Shown: positions 16,609 through 26,546 of the stretch, piece by piece
Position numbering within the stretch: the first letter of the stretch is position 1
How the letters are laid out: every line of letters begins with the position of its first letter
Assembly (NCBI GenBank): GCA_964367815.1
Contig: CAYIYR010000002.1
Coordinates: 13,903 to 77,902 of the forward strand
Length of the DNA: 64,000 nucleotides
Direction: 5' to 3'
DNA from: an uncultured Eubacteriales bacterium
Lineage (GTDB): Bacteria > Bacillota_I > Bacilli_A > RFN20 > UBA1709
Translations under genes and position numbers: made by a program
Notes under the pieces: generated by a model
The model's database searches: none
What the model saw: only the letters and a program-made list of their open reading frames with translations
Told to the model about the DNA's origin: nothing

Positions 16609-18834
16609 GTGATATATATATTGCTCGGATTATCCGTTATCATCTCTGCGATAGTAATTTATTTATGTTTGTTTTGTAAAAAAATTCGTTTCCCTAAAAA
16701 GGTGAAACTTTCAATTGATGATGATAAAGATAACAAATTCTATGTTGTGATGCGTATCCTTTGTTGGATATTAATCGCAGCAGTCGCTGTTAGATTAGTG
16801 AATAACGATGTCATTGCTGCAATGGTAAAAAGAGACATCCTTTTTTCCACGTCTATGGCGACCATTGTTATAGTTATTCGCGCATTAACTATGGGTGCAG
16901 TTTTAGCTTGTGCGGTTGTCTCTTACTTTAATTATCGTAGCTTTCGGAATATCGTTGCGTTTTTTGTTCCGATTATCTACATTGTAAATATTCTATTTTT
17001 TACCCAAAATATCCAAGCGATGTTGGGAATTGTTAAGGTTCCAACGTATAATTATCGCGAGATTGTTTTTGCGATTGAATGCGTTTTAGGAGTAGTGATT
17101 GGGCTTTCTTTCTTGGTTAAGAAAATCAAAGATCGTGATTTCTCTAAGATGTATTTACAACTTCCAATCGCTCTATTTACCTTGATAGGCTTTTCCCTCG
17201 CCAATATGCATCCTTGCAGTATTGAGAATATGTGGGGAACTGATTGGTGTGGAGCCTCAACTAATTTCAATCGGATGCATATCTATATAATTATTGGAAT
17301 GCTGATTGTTACCGTCTTATTAATAGCCTTATTTAAGAAGTTGAAAAACGATGACATGACACACTGTTTCCTTTGCATCTGCTCGGTTTGTTGTGCCATG
17401 GTCTTTACTGCTAATCGCGACTATGCTAACTTTAAATTTTGGAATTTGCCCTTACATCTTTGTAATACGGGTGTCTTCTTGATGCTTTTTAGTTTTACTT
17501 GTCGTAATAAACCCATTTTCTATTTTAATTATTTAGTTAATGTGGTTGGAACTCTGTTTGCAATTATCTTGCCAGATTATGGGGCGGCCTTATTCTCAGA
17601 TCCAGGAATTCACTATTGGCATAACCACCTTTTGTTATTTATTCTACCATTGGTAGCGGTTGGTGCTGGCTATTATGAAAGACCGAAACTGAAGTATATT
17701 TATTATTCAATGGTTGTCTTTACAATCTATTTTCTTTTAGTTTGTTTTATTAATGCCTGGTTTAAGAATTTTGAACCAGGAGTAAACTACTTCTATTTAA
17801 ATGGCGATACTATTGTTAATCGATTTGTCTGGGCGCCGCATCTAAAAAATGATTTTATTTTTGTTTTCAAGATTCAGAATTGCACTTTCGAAATCTATTG
17901 GTTGTATTGGCTATTAACCTATGTCATTTATATTGGTTTTATTTTTGTCGCTTGGTTTGGCTTTGTCGCTTTATATAAGGTTAGTGATGGATATACAGAC
18001 TTGATTGTCCGCAATCACAAAATAGGTGAGGAACATAGTCATCTAATGCATGAGATGAAAGGGCGAAAACTTTCGGAGCCTCTGCATCCTGAGGACAAAG
18101 ATATGATAAAAATCAGCCATTTTACGAAGGTTTATAATGGTAGTAGCAATAAATCAGTTGATGATTTCTCTTTGCAGATACACGGTGGGGAAGTCTATGG
18201 TTTCCTCGGCCACAATGGTGCGGGAAAATCAACAACAATTAAATCTTTAGTGGGAATTCAAACAATTACTTCTGGAACCATGGAAGTATGTGGTTTTGAT
18301 GTTGAACGCCAACCTCTACAAGCGAAAAGAGTCATTGGCTATGTTTCAGATAATCATACTGTCTATGAAAACTTGACCGGCCGTGAGTATATCAATTATG
18401 TCGCTGATTTGTATTTGGTAGCACAAGCTGAAAGAGATGAGAGAATAACTAAATATGTGAAGATGTTCAACTTGGAAGATGCCATCGATCGAGAAATAAA
18501 GGGCTATTCCCATGGAATGAAGCAGAAAATTGTTGTCATAGCTTCATTGATTCATAATCCCAAAATTTGGATTCTTGATGAGCCACTTACCGGCTTAGAT
18601 CCTTCTAGTAGTTTCCAGATAAAATCAGTAATGAAAGAATATGCCAACAATGGCAACATTGTCTTTTTCAGCAGCCATGTTATCGAGGTTGTTGAGAAAA
18701 TCTGTGACAAGATCTGCATTATCAATCATGGTAAACTTGTGGGCGAATGGGCATTAAAAGATCTTTCGGCCCATGGGGAAACACTTCAAGATTTATATAT
18801 GAAGTATGTTTCGATAAATAAGGAGGATAACTAG
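16609..18834 (+). CDS. Fusion protein: N-terminal polytopic membrane domain (about 480 aa, LPLHLC motif, possibly YwaF/TMEM164-like) fused to a C-terminal ABC-2-type ATP-binding domain.
   Basis: GTG start after AAGAGG. At least 10 predicted TM segments. Walker A GHNGAGKST, signature variant YSHGMKQK, Walker B ILDEPLTGLDP. Confidence 0.7.
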   Translation: MIYILLGLSVIISAIVIYLCLFCKKIRFPKKVKLSIDDDKDNKFYVVMRILCWILIAAVAVRLVNNDVIAAMVKRDILFSTSMATIVIVIRALTMGAVLACAVVSYFNYRSFRNIVAFFVPIIYIVNILFFTQNIQAMLGIVKVPTYNYREIVFAIECVLGVVIGLSFLVKKIKDRDFSKMYLQLPIALFTLIGFSLANMHPCSIENMWGTDWCGASTNFNRMHIYIIIGMLIVTVLLIALFKKLKNDDMTHCFLCICSVCCAMVFTANRDYANFKFWNLPLHLCNTGVFLMLFSFTCRNKPIFYFNYLVNVVGTLFAIILPDYGAALFSDPGIHYWHNHLLLFILPLVAVGAGYYERPKLKYIYYSMVVFTIYFLLVCFINAWFKNFEPGVNYFYLNGDTIVNRFVWAPHLKNDFIFVFKIQNCTFEIYWLYWLLTYVIYIGFIFVAWFGFVALYKVSDGYTDLIVRNHKIGEEHSHLMHEMKGRKLSEPLHPEDKDMIKISHFTKVYNGSSNKSVDDFSLQIHGGEVYGFLGHNGAGKSTTIKSLVGIQTITSGTMEVCGFDVERQPLQAKRVIGYVSDNHTVYENLTGREYINYVADLYLVAQAERDERITKYVKMFNLEDAIDREIKGYSHGMKQKIVVIASLIHNPKIWILDEPLTGLDPSSSFQIKSVMKEYANNGNIVFFSSHVIEVVEKICDKICIINHGKLVGEWALKDLSAHGETLQDLYMKYVSINKEDN

Positions 18835-18835
18835 T

Positions 18836-20437
18836 ATGTTTGAAAGAATTAACACATTAGTCAAACTCCAGCTTGGTCATCGCTACCGGATCAAAAAGAG
18901 TGGCGATCAAATATGGAAATTAATCTTTAAAATTGCGGGTTTCTTCATCGTAGGAGCTGCCGCTTATTTAGTTATGTTTGCGATCAAGAAATTCGTTTAT
19001 CTAACAATTACGAATTCAATGATTCTTTTCATTATTTTCTTCACGCAGGTTTTAACTCTTTTAGCGAATGCCGCTTCCTTAACTAAATCTCTTTATGGTA
19101 GTAAAGATAATGCGATTCTTCTTTCTTTACCAGCTCATAATAGTGAAATCTATATTTCCAAATTAATCGTCTTTTATCTACTAGAACTCTATGGTAATGC
19201 GATGTTTCTCTTACCAATTCTAGCGGGTTATGGACTATTTTCTGGGCAGGGTTTATGGTATTATTTTGCTGCTGTTATTATTACCTTTTTATTACCAATA
19301 GTGTCCGTTCTTGCGGGAGCTTTACTATCCATACCGCTATCTTATGTTGCGAAATTGTTTAGAAAGTTTTCCATCTTATATGGTATATTTACATTAGGAA
19401 TTGTCGGCTTGGTCTTCTATTTTGTAACTAAACTAGTAGCTCTAATTCCTGTTCCGTTCCGCTTAGTTGCACTTTATAACTCATTGATGAACAAAATACT
19501 AGTGCTTGTTGAAACCGCTAATAGTTATGCTCTGTTCTACAAGTGGTTTTCTAATTTCCTTTTCAACATTCATGCGGGAATGAATATTGTCTTTATAATT
19601 CTATTAATTATCGGTTTAATTATTGCTAATATGTTATTGTCACAACCGTTATTCTTTAAGCTATCTAGTCATAGTGCGGAAGATGCAGTTCAAAAGAAGC
19701 ATAAAGGAATCAATAAAAAATCAAAGAGCACGTTCTTGGCCTTCTATAAAAAAGAGGTCATTATCTCCATTCGCTGTTTTGGCAAAGTATTAGAAAACTA
19801 TCTAATGATTATCTGCATGCCGATTATTCTCTATCTTATTAACAGTATATTTTTAGCACTGAATTTAAGCACGTTTGGTCAAACGCTTATTTTTGGAATT
19901 AATATTCTAATCGGACTAATGATGATGATTGCTAGCAACACCGCTAGTTCAATGTCACTGAGTGAAGAAGGCAGCGAGTTTGTGCTGCTGAAAACCTCAC
20001 CCGCAAATACGCAAAAAATAGCATGGGCTAAGATCGCTAACAACATTCTTATCTCCACGTTTTTACTGATTGTTTCTTTATTTATTCTAGCTTTTATGAA
20101 AGTGATGCCAATTAGATCGGTTGTAGTTTTAGGCATTATCTTCTTCTTGGTAAATTGCGGACATATTATGTGGTCCTTCCAATTGGATTTAAGGAATCCG
20201 CAGATTAAAGATGTGGCATTAACAGGAACAGTTAGTAATCAAGTTAATGTTACGAGTTGCTTGACAATCGGAACACTCATCTCTGTTGTTTTTGGTGCTT
20301 TAGCGGTCCTGCTTTCTTTTGGACTGGGCAGTGCGGCCTATTTACAAATGATAGATTTAGCAGTTTTATTTGTGGTTTGGAGATTCATTGTTTTCCGAAT
20401 CAACTTAAAAGTCTATTTCTATGATATAGAGTTATAG
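18836..20437 (+). CDS. Large polytopic membrane protein, the putative permease partner of the upstream ABC ATPase.
   Basis: Its ATG lies 2 nt after the upstream stop, indicating coupling. 533 aa with about 12 hydrophobic segments. Confidence 0.55.
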   Translation: MFERINTLVKLQLGHRYRIKKSGDQIWKLIFKIAGFFIVGAAAYLVMFAIKKFVYLTITNSMILFIIFFTQVLTLLANAASLTKSLYGSKDNAILLSLPAHNSEIYISKLIVFYLLELYGNAMFLLPILAGYGLFSGQGLWYYFAAVIITFLLPIVSVLAGALLSIPLSYVAKLFRKFSILYGIFTLGIVGLVFYFVTKLVALIPVPFRLVALYNSLMNKILVLVETANSYALFYKWFSNFLFNIHAGMNIVFIILLIIGLIIANMLLSQPLFFKLSSHSAEDAVQKKHKGINKKSKSTFLAFYKKEVIISIRCFGKVLENYLMIICMPIILYLINSIFLALNLSTFGQTLIFGINILIGLMMMIASNTASSMSLSEEGSEFVLLKTSPANTQKIAWAKIANNILISTFLLIVSLFILAFMKVMPIRSVVVLGIIFFLVNCGHIMWSFQLDLRNPQIKDVALTGTVSNQVNVTSCLTIGTLISVVFGALAVLLSFGLGSAAYLQMIDLAVLFVVWRFIVFRINLKVYFYDIEL

Positions 20438-20448
20438 GAGGAGAAGGT

Positions 20449-20931
20449 ATGAATAGAAAAACTATTATCTTATTAATTATTGCCTTCTCAATCATCTTTG
20501 TAGCGTTGGTTGGCTTCTATGGGGTGAAACCCTTCAATGATAATCCAGTTCAAGCGACTTATATTAAGTGGCAGAATGAAGAATTATCCATTGATGACAA
20601 CGGCAAGGTTTATTATTATTTACCCTGTGTCGAAGAGAATGAAACAAAGAGAGTTTATTTAGCAAACTTTGTAGTTTTGGACTCAGCAGCAACGCTGGGA
20701 AAAGAAACTTTGAAGTATTCGATTATCTACGATAAAGAGGAAGAAAAAGGTCGCTTAGAATTAACCGAAACCGGAACTTTTGCGGGTTGGTTAACCATCA
20801 AAGGTCAAACTACGGCGACAATTACTGTGTCCACTACAGATGGTAGTGGCATCGATGCCCGTTTATTTATTCGAAACAAGACAGCTTGTGTGATTCCGGG
20901 TGAAGTAATCGGTGGCGATATATTTAAATAG
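20449..20931 (+). CDS. Small membrane-anchored extracytoplasmic protein (N-terminal TM anchor plus a beta-rich domain).
   Basis: SD AGGAGGAG. N-terminal LLIIAFSIIFVALVGF, followed by about 130 hydrophilic residues. Confidence 0.5.
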   Translation: MNRKTIILLIIAFSIIFVALVGFYGVKPFNDNPVQATYIKWQNEELSIDDNGKVYYYLPCVEENETKRVYLANFVVLDSAATLGKETLKYSIIYDKEEEKGRLELTETGTFAGWLTIKGQTTATITVSTTDGSGIDARLFIRNKTACVIPGEVIGGDIFK

Positions 20932-20990
20932 TTTATAAAACTGTTAATTCAGTTTTGTAATATAAGCAGACAAAAAGAAGGAGGTTTAAT

Positions 20991-23900
20991 ATGAAAAAAC
21001 CATTTAAGAAAATAGCGTTTTTTCTGAGCATTTTGTTTCTATGCTTAGGGGTAGGCACATTAACATCATGTAATGAACAAGCAGCTGTCAAAGTTAAGTT
21101 CTATGACTCTTTGACGACTACCGAAACAACAGAAAAATTGTTATTTCCTGGATCTTATGATCTAGCGAAACTGGCTTCTGAAGGTCTTGATGACTTTGTT
21201 CCAGAAAAGAAGGGATATACCTTCGTAAAATGGACACTTGATAAAAGTGGGACAAGCGACTTTGATCCCAAAAAATATACAAGTGGAACAGAAACCGTCG
21301 TGAATGTCTATGCCCAATGGGAGGAGAGAGCAAAGATTGCTTACTATAACGGTAGCAATCCCATTGGAACCTATTATTTTGATGAACTAAAGACTGGCAC
21401 CCAAACAGTTGCGGCGCCCACAAGGACTGGATACACCTTTGTGAGATGGACAACTGATTCGGCCAATACAACAGAATTTGTTGCTTCAACCTTTAGTTAT
21501 CCAACTGATAAGAAAACCGTTAATGTCTACGCTCAATGGGAGAAAGTAGTTACCATTATTTATATGAATGGCAACACCGAAGCAGGAAGAGTATTATTAT
21601 CAGCTCTAAAAGAGGGTACTTCTACTGCACCAACAGTTACAAAAGTTGGTTTCAATTTTGATAAGTGGACAACTGATACTGAAGGGACAACCACATTTAA
21701 TCCCGCAACTTTAGTTACTGATAAAGATACAATAACTGTTTATGCGAAATTTAATGCGAAAGCCAAAGTGACTTATTATGATGCCTCGGTAGTTCTTTAT
21801 GATTATTATCTTGAAGACATCACCACATCGACTCCCCAACCAACCCCAACAAAAGTCGGCTATACATTTGTCGGCTGGGTCGATGGCAATAATGCCGCTT
21901 TTACAGTCAATTTAAGTGCAACTGCTAACCAAGTAGCTTATGCAAAGTGGGAGCAGAGAGCTCTAGTTAATTTCTATAATGGTTCAACAAAAGTTGAAAC
22001 CAAGTATTTAGATGAACTTAAAGCCGGAACAACCACACAACCAGTTGTTACCAAAACGGGTTATTCCTTCCTCGAATGGAATCTATCCGAGAATGGTGCG
22101 GGCGTAACCTTTAATCCAAATACTTATAATGGAAGTTCCAAAACTATTAATGTTTATGCTCAGTGGGAAAGAGTAGTAACTGTTATCTATATGAATGGTT
22201 CTACCGAAGTCGGAAGAGTTCTGCTATCTGCCTTAAAAGATGGCACATTACCAGCACCAACCGCTACCAAGGCTCACTATACGTTCAAGAACTGGACAAC
22301 TGATAGTGCGGGAACAACGCCATTTGTGGTAGCTAATTGCCCAATGACAAACGCCACATTCACTGTCTATGCTCAATGGACTGAGAATGTCAAAGTCATC
22401 TATATGAGCGATAATTCCATCTATCAAACTTATTATTTAGATGAATTATCAGCTGGATTTACTAATCCTGTCATTAATAAAACTGGATATACCTTTGTCA
22501 AATGGGAAAACAGTGAGAATGAAGAATTTGTTTTAAATCGTGAAGCGACTGTTAACCAGATTGCTTACGCCAAATGGGAACAAAGAGCGGTTGTTAAATA
22601 TTATGATGGCAACACTCTTGTTGAAACGAAGTATCTCGATGAATTGAAAGCGGGAACAACCACTCAACCATCAGTCACGAAGACTGGTTATACCTTTGTT
22701 GAATGGAATACTTCATCCGATGGAGAAGGAAATACCTTTAATTATGTGGCCTATGCCGGAACAGAAAAGACCATCAATGTTTATGCTAAATGGGATTTAA
22801 TTGTTACAGTTGTCTATATGAATGGTGCAAGTGAAGTCAATAGAATTCTTCTCTCAGCTTTGAGAAGCGGAACTTCTGAACCAGTAGTTACTAAGACCGG
22901 TTATTACTTCAGTGCTTGGACAACTGATCTTGAAGGTAACACTCCATTCGTTTATGGAAGTTATTTTGCTAGTACTGCCACAGTTACTGTCTATGCTCAA
23001 TGGACAGAAAAATTAGTTGTTACTTACTACAATGGTAATGATGTTTATGATACCAAATATCTAGAGGATATTACCAATTCTTATGTTCCAGCCGAGCCTA
23101 CTAAAACGGGTTATGACTTCCAAGGATGGGTTACCACTGATGATGGTTCAACAAGTTTTGTTCTTGACGTCGCTGCTTCAAGCAACATTAATGCTTACGC
23201 CAAATGGGAACAAAAAGTAACTGTTAGATATTATGATGGCGAAACCCTAGTTGCTTCTAGATATTTAGATGAACTAAAAGCAGATATTACTTCTGCTCCA
23301 GCTGCTCCATCTAAGACTGGTTATACCTTTATAAGATGGACTGTCAATGGCGAAACATTCAATTATGATACATATGTCAGTGCTGTAAAGACAGTTAATG
23401 TTAATACTGAATATGAGTTAATTGTTACAGTAATCTATATGAATGGTTCAAGTGAAACAGGTAGAGTTCTATTATCAGCTTTGAAAGCTGGGACTTCAAC
23501 TGCTCCAACTGCGACCAAACAACATTATACCTTCCAAGGATGGAAGACTGATGTTCTAGGGACAATTCCATTTGTCGTTTCTAACTGTCCAATGGACAAT
23601 GAAACAGTTACTGTTTATGCAAGTTGGACAGAAAATTCCAAGGTAACATACTATGTAGGCAATGAATTGTACGATAGTAAATATCTAGATGAAATTGCCA
23701 ATAGTTATGTTCCAACAACACCAACTGCTTCTGGTAAGTTCTTCAATACTTGGGTAACTACCGCTGAAGGTAGCACCGCCTTTGTTTTGGACTGTGCTTC
23801 TACAACAGACTTAGTTGCTTATGCAACTTGGTACAATGAGCCAGAAATTACTGGACTTAACTACGATGCTGCTAATGGCCGAATTGAATGGAATGCTTTG

Positions 23901-26522
23901 ATCGATGCGACTTATCAGATTAAGATTGATGCTGGTGAACCAGTTTCAACTGTTACAGTCGAAGGTGGAAAAGTTCATTACTCCTTAGATTCAAGTTTGG
24001 ACATTGGACAGCATACCGCGTATGTAATGATCACTTATCACGGACATAGCACAGTTTGGACAAGTTTATCATTCACAAAGCAGATTGTTTTATCAATTGG
24101 TACACCAAGTTTTAATGCGGAAACTCGTGTAATATCTTGGGATGAGCCTGCTGGTGATGGTTATTATTATGATGTTTATTGGAATGGCATTGTTGGTGTT
24201 ACTCCAGTAAGAGTCAATACTAATAGTTATACTATTCCAGCAAGCATCGTTACTGGTTCTTATGTTATCTATGTAAAGGCTTATAAAGAAGTCAATTCTG
24301 TTATTATTAGTTCTAATACTGATAGTGCTTCAGTAACAGTAGTTTCAGTTGAAAGATACGATGAAACATTAAAATTATTTATTAATGCCGATGATAGATA
24401 TGTTCTCATGACCGGTGTCGATTACACATTTGCTACAGTATCTTCCATTACTGAAAACACCGAATATTTCACTGTTACAGGTAACAAAATCACGATTAAG
24501 AACAATCTTGCCAATGGTACAATATTTGATGTAGTAACTAACTTGGGAACCATTCATGCTTGTGCAGAAAATGTTATCTTGAGCATATCACCAGATGATA
24601 ATTGGACCACTTATCAAAACAACGCGAAATTAAGCAATGTTAATAGTAATTCAAATCAAACTGGTTTTATGAATATTACTAATTTATATGAAGTTGGTAC
24701 AGGAGATGACAATTATCGCTTAGAGTTGAATATCACTAGTAGTAGTGCATTCGCCGCAACTTGTTTCCCTCTAGATGTTAGCGGAACAGTTGGTTTAAGC
24801 AGTAATATTGGTTACTATTTATCACTGAAGAAGGTTGGAGAATACTACTGCATTGATTGGACAGAGCATGCTTCTGAATTAGCAGATGGAACGGTTGTTT
24901 CATTAACTATTAAGGCACATTATGTAACTGGTGCACAGAAGGAAATACCTTTCTATACTTACACATTTAAAGTAAACAAAGGTGTTAACGTTTATACTGA
25001 TGCTGAATTAAGAGAAAATTTCAGTGATTTAGATGTTAAGTCAATTAATCTTCATAGCAATATTATCTTGAGTCAAGCCGAGTTAACAGAGCTAGGAATA
25101 GTCTACAGTAATCATACTGATACCACTGTAGAGAATCCGAAAAACAGTATTGAAAATAGTATTTATTTCCGTTCTTCCGCTGTGGATGATGATTTCAGAC
25201 TTAATGGAAACTATTTCCAAATTGATGCTTCAAACGTTAATAAACTAATTGGTAAAGCTAATTCTACTTTTGGCACCTACAAGATGTATTATGTGTTTGT
25301 TGCTGTCTTAGGAATTCAAGGTGGCGGAAGTGATTCAGTCAATTATGAAGAATTAGGTGGCGCCGTAACTGTGAGTAAAAAGCAGAATGCCTCTATAACA
25401 AATATTAAAGTAAAAGGTAATGCAACGCTTACTACAACTGAGGGTTCATTCTTAACCGATTCAGGGGCAATTGATGGCTTTATTAGCCAAACCTATGCAA
25501 CAACCTTAGATAACGTTGTAATCTACAATTGTAATGAAGGAATCAAGCTCGAATCACAAAATAATGGGACTCACTTTATCAGAAACAATCTACATATTGT
25601 AAAGAATACTGCAATTAGCCAATGTTGGAATAGTAGTACTTACTTATTTACAGATGGCGAAATCAGATTTGAAGATAGCCATTTCTATAAGTCATATAGC
25701 ACATCTTCAACTCTAGCTATGTCAGAGTCTAGCAATAGAAATATTGTTTTCACTGATGTTGATAATGGCATTTATGCAAGAGCATATCCATGCATCACAT
25801 TAGATAATATGATTTTTGATAACTGGGCATATGGTGATGAATTCTACTATCAAGCTGTCGGGTTTAGCTCATCATTAACAAGTTATAAGCAACAAATGGA
25901 TACCAATGTTAAAGCACTGACACAAGATGGCTATACCTTAGTCCGTACTAATCAAGATTCAACAACTCAAATCAATATGGAACTTATGATTAATGGTAAG
26001 AATGATAGTATGTACGAAATAAGATATGTCAAAGCTGATGGAACAGTTTATAGTTCATTGAGATCTTGTAAGCAAGTTGGCGATATAGACTGTCCAAATG
26101 ATCCTAGAGCCGGAGCTGACCCATATACTGTTTTATGGCCAGTAGGATCAACAAGTAGTTCAGAAAACTTTGGTGCATTAGCGACACAACTTACTAATGA
26201 ACTCACCGCTTTAGGTGCTCAATTATCAGGCAATTCTGAATATGCTACCGCTTATACTAATATGGAAGGTAAATTCTTGCTGGATTCCGTGTTTGGTGAT
26301 AATTTGATGACTTATGCACTAACTTTATTAGGACAAACTGGTGATGAAACAGCAACAAGTAACTTACGTACATCTACTCTTTACCAATACGCATTTGCTC
26401 AAGCATACAATGATGCTAACAGTGGCAGAATCCACATGGAAGCAACCTTGCCAAATGCCGGTCTTGGAAATGGTAATGATGGTATTTCAACAATACTTGT
26501 TGAAGCCATTAAAGCATCTTAA
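20991..26522 (+). CDS. Giant cell-surface lipoprotein of 1843 aa. It has 13 tandem Listeria-Bacteroides (Flg_new)-type repeats, two FN3-like modules and a C-terminal beta-helix-like region.
   Basis: Signal peptide with the lipobox LTSC. Repeats of about 72-88 aa end in the pattern KTGYTF..W......F.........V(Y)A.WE. The segment NIKVKGNATL...VVIYNCNEGIKL...IRNNLHIVKNTAIS is reminiscent of parallel beta-helix repeats. Confidence 0.8.
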   Translation: MKKPFKKIAFFLSILFLCLGVGTLTSCNEQAAVKVKFYDSLTTTETTEKLLFPGSYDLAKLASEGLDDFVPEKKGYTFVKWTLDKSGTSDFDPKKYTSGTETVVNVYAQWEERAKIAYYNGSNPIGTYYFDELKTGTQTVAAPTRTGYTFVRWTTDSANTTEFVASTFSYPTDKKTVNVYAQWEKVVTIIYMNGNTEAGRVLLSALKEGTSTAPTVTKVGFNFDKWTTDTEGTTTFNPATLVTDKDTITVYAKFNAKAKVTYYDASVVLYDYYLEDITTSTPQPTPTKVGYTFVGWVDGNNAAFTVNLSATANQVAYAKWEQRALVNFYNGSTKVETKYLDELKAGTTTQPVVTKTGYSFLEWNLSENGAGVTFNPNTYNGSSKTINVYAQWERVVTVIYMNGSTEVGRVLLSALKDGTLPAPTATKAHYTFKNWTTDSAGTTPFVVANCPMTNATFTVYAQWTENVKVIYMSDNSIYQTYYLDELSAGFTNPVINKTGYTFVKWENSENEEFVLNREATVNQIAYAKWEQRAVVKYYDGNTLVETKYLDELKAGTTTQPSVTKTGYTFVEWNTSSDGEGNTFNYVAYAGTEKTINVYAKWDLIVTVVYMNGASEVNRILLSALRSGTSEPVVTKTGYYFSAWTTDLEGNTPFVYGSYFASTATVTVYAQWTEKLVVTYYNGNDVYDTKYLEDITNSYVPAEPTKTGYDFQGWVTTDDGSTSFVLDVAASSNINAYAKWEQKVTVRYYDGETLVASRYLDELKADITSAPAAPSKTGYTFIRWTVNGETFNYDTYVSAVKTVNVNTEYELIVTVIYMNGSSETGRVLLSALKAGTSTAPTATKQHYTFQGWKTDVLGTIPFVVSNCPMDNETVTVYASWTENSKVTYYVGNELYDSKYLDEIANSYVPTTPTASGKFFNTWVTTAEGSTAFVLDCASTTDLVAYATWYNEPEITGLNYDAANGRIEWNALIDATYQIKIDAGEPVSTVTVEGGKVHYSLDSSLDIGQHTAYVMITYHGHSTVWTSLSFTKQIVLSIGTPSFNAETRVISWDEPAGDGYYYDVYWNGIVGVTPVRVNTNSYTIPASIVTGSYVIYVKAYKEVNSVIISSNTDSASVTVVSVERYDETLKLFINADDRYVLMTGVDYTFATVSSITENTEYFTVTGNKITIKNNLANGTIFDVVTNLGTIHACAENVILSISPDDNWTTYQNNAKLSNVNSNSNQTGFMNITNLYEVGTGDDNYRLELNITSSSAFAATCFPLDVSGTVGLSSNIGYYLSLKKVGEYYCIDWTEHASELADGTVVSLTIKAHYVTGAQKEIPFYTYTFKVNKGVNVYTDAELRENFSDLDVKSINLHSNIILSQAELTELGIVYSNHTDTTVENPKNSIENSIYFRSSAVDDDFRLNGNYFQIDASNVNKLIGKANSTFGTYKMYYVFVAVLGIQGGGSDSVNYEELGGAVTVSKKQNASITNIKVKGNATLTTTEGSFLTDSGAIDGFISQTYATTLDNVVIYNCNEGIKLESQNNGTHFIRNNLHIVKNTAISQCWNSSTYLFTDGEIRFEDSHFYKSYSTSSTLAMSESSNRNIVFTDVDNGIYARAYPCITLDNMIFDNWAYGDEFYYQAVGFSSSLTSYKQQMDTNVKALTQDGYTLVRTNQDSTTQINMELMINGKNDSMYEIRYVKADGTVYSSLRSCKQVGDIDCPNDPRAGADPYTVLWPVGSTSSSENFGALATQLTNELTALGAQLSGNSEYATAYTNMEGKFLLDSVFGDNLMTYALTLLGQTGDETATSNLRTSTLYQYAFAQAYNDANSGRIHMEATLPNAGLGNGNDGISTILVEAIKAS
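21072..23850 (+). repeat. Coding tandem repeat array: 13 Flg_new-like units with a higher-order 3-4-unit periodicity.
   Basis: Units R5 and R8 are near-identical at the protein level (AKWEQRA.V..Y.G.T.VETKYLDELKAGTTTQP.VTKTGY.F.EWN) but only about 75% identical at the DNA level. Confidence 0.8.
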
Positions 26523-26546
26523 GATTAGAAATTCTATTTAAAAAGG

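Noticed and set aside
21118-21489. Minus-strand 123-aa ORF, and other antisense ORFs (9123-9383, 9469-9657, 14452-14793, 24375-24557, 33995-34246, 37634-37882, 38493-38765, 42711-43112).
   Set aside because: All are embedded antisense in well-supported genes, lack ribosome-binding sites, and show no family features.
21072-23850. Periodic repeats that could be mistaken for a CRISPR-like or satellite array.
   Set aside because: The periodicity is about 220-260 bp, it is in-frame, and it is protein-coding (Flg_new repeats). There is no spacer-like variable structure.
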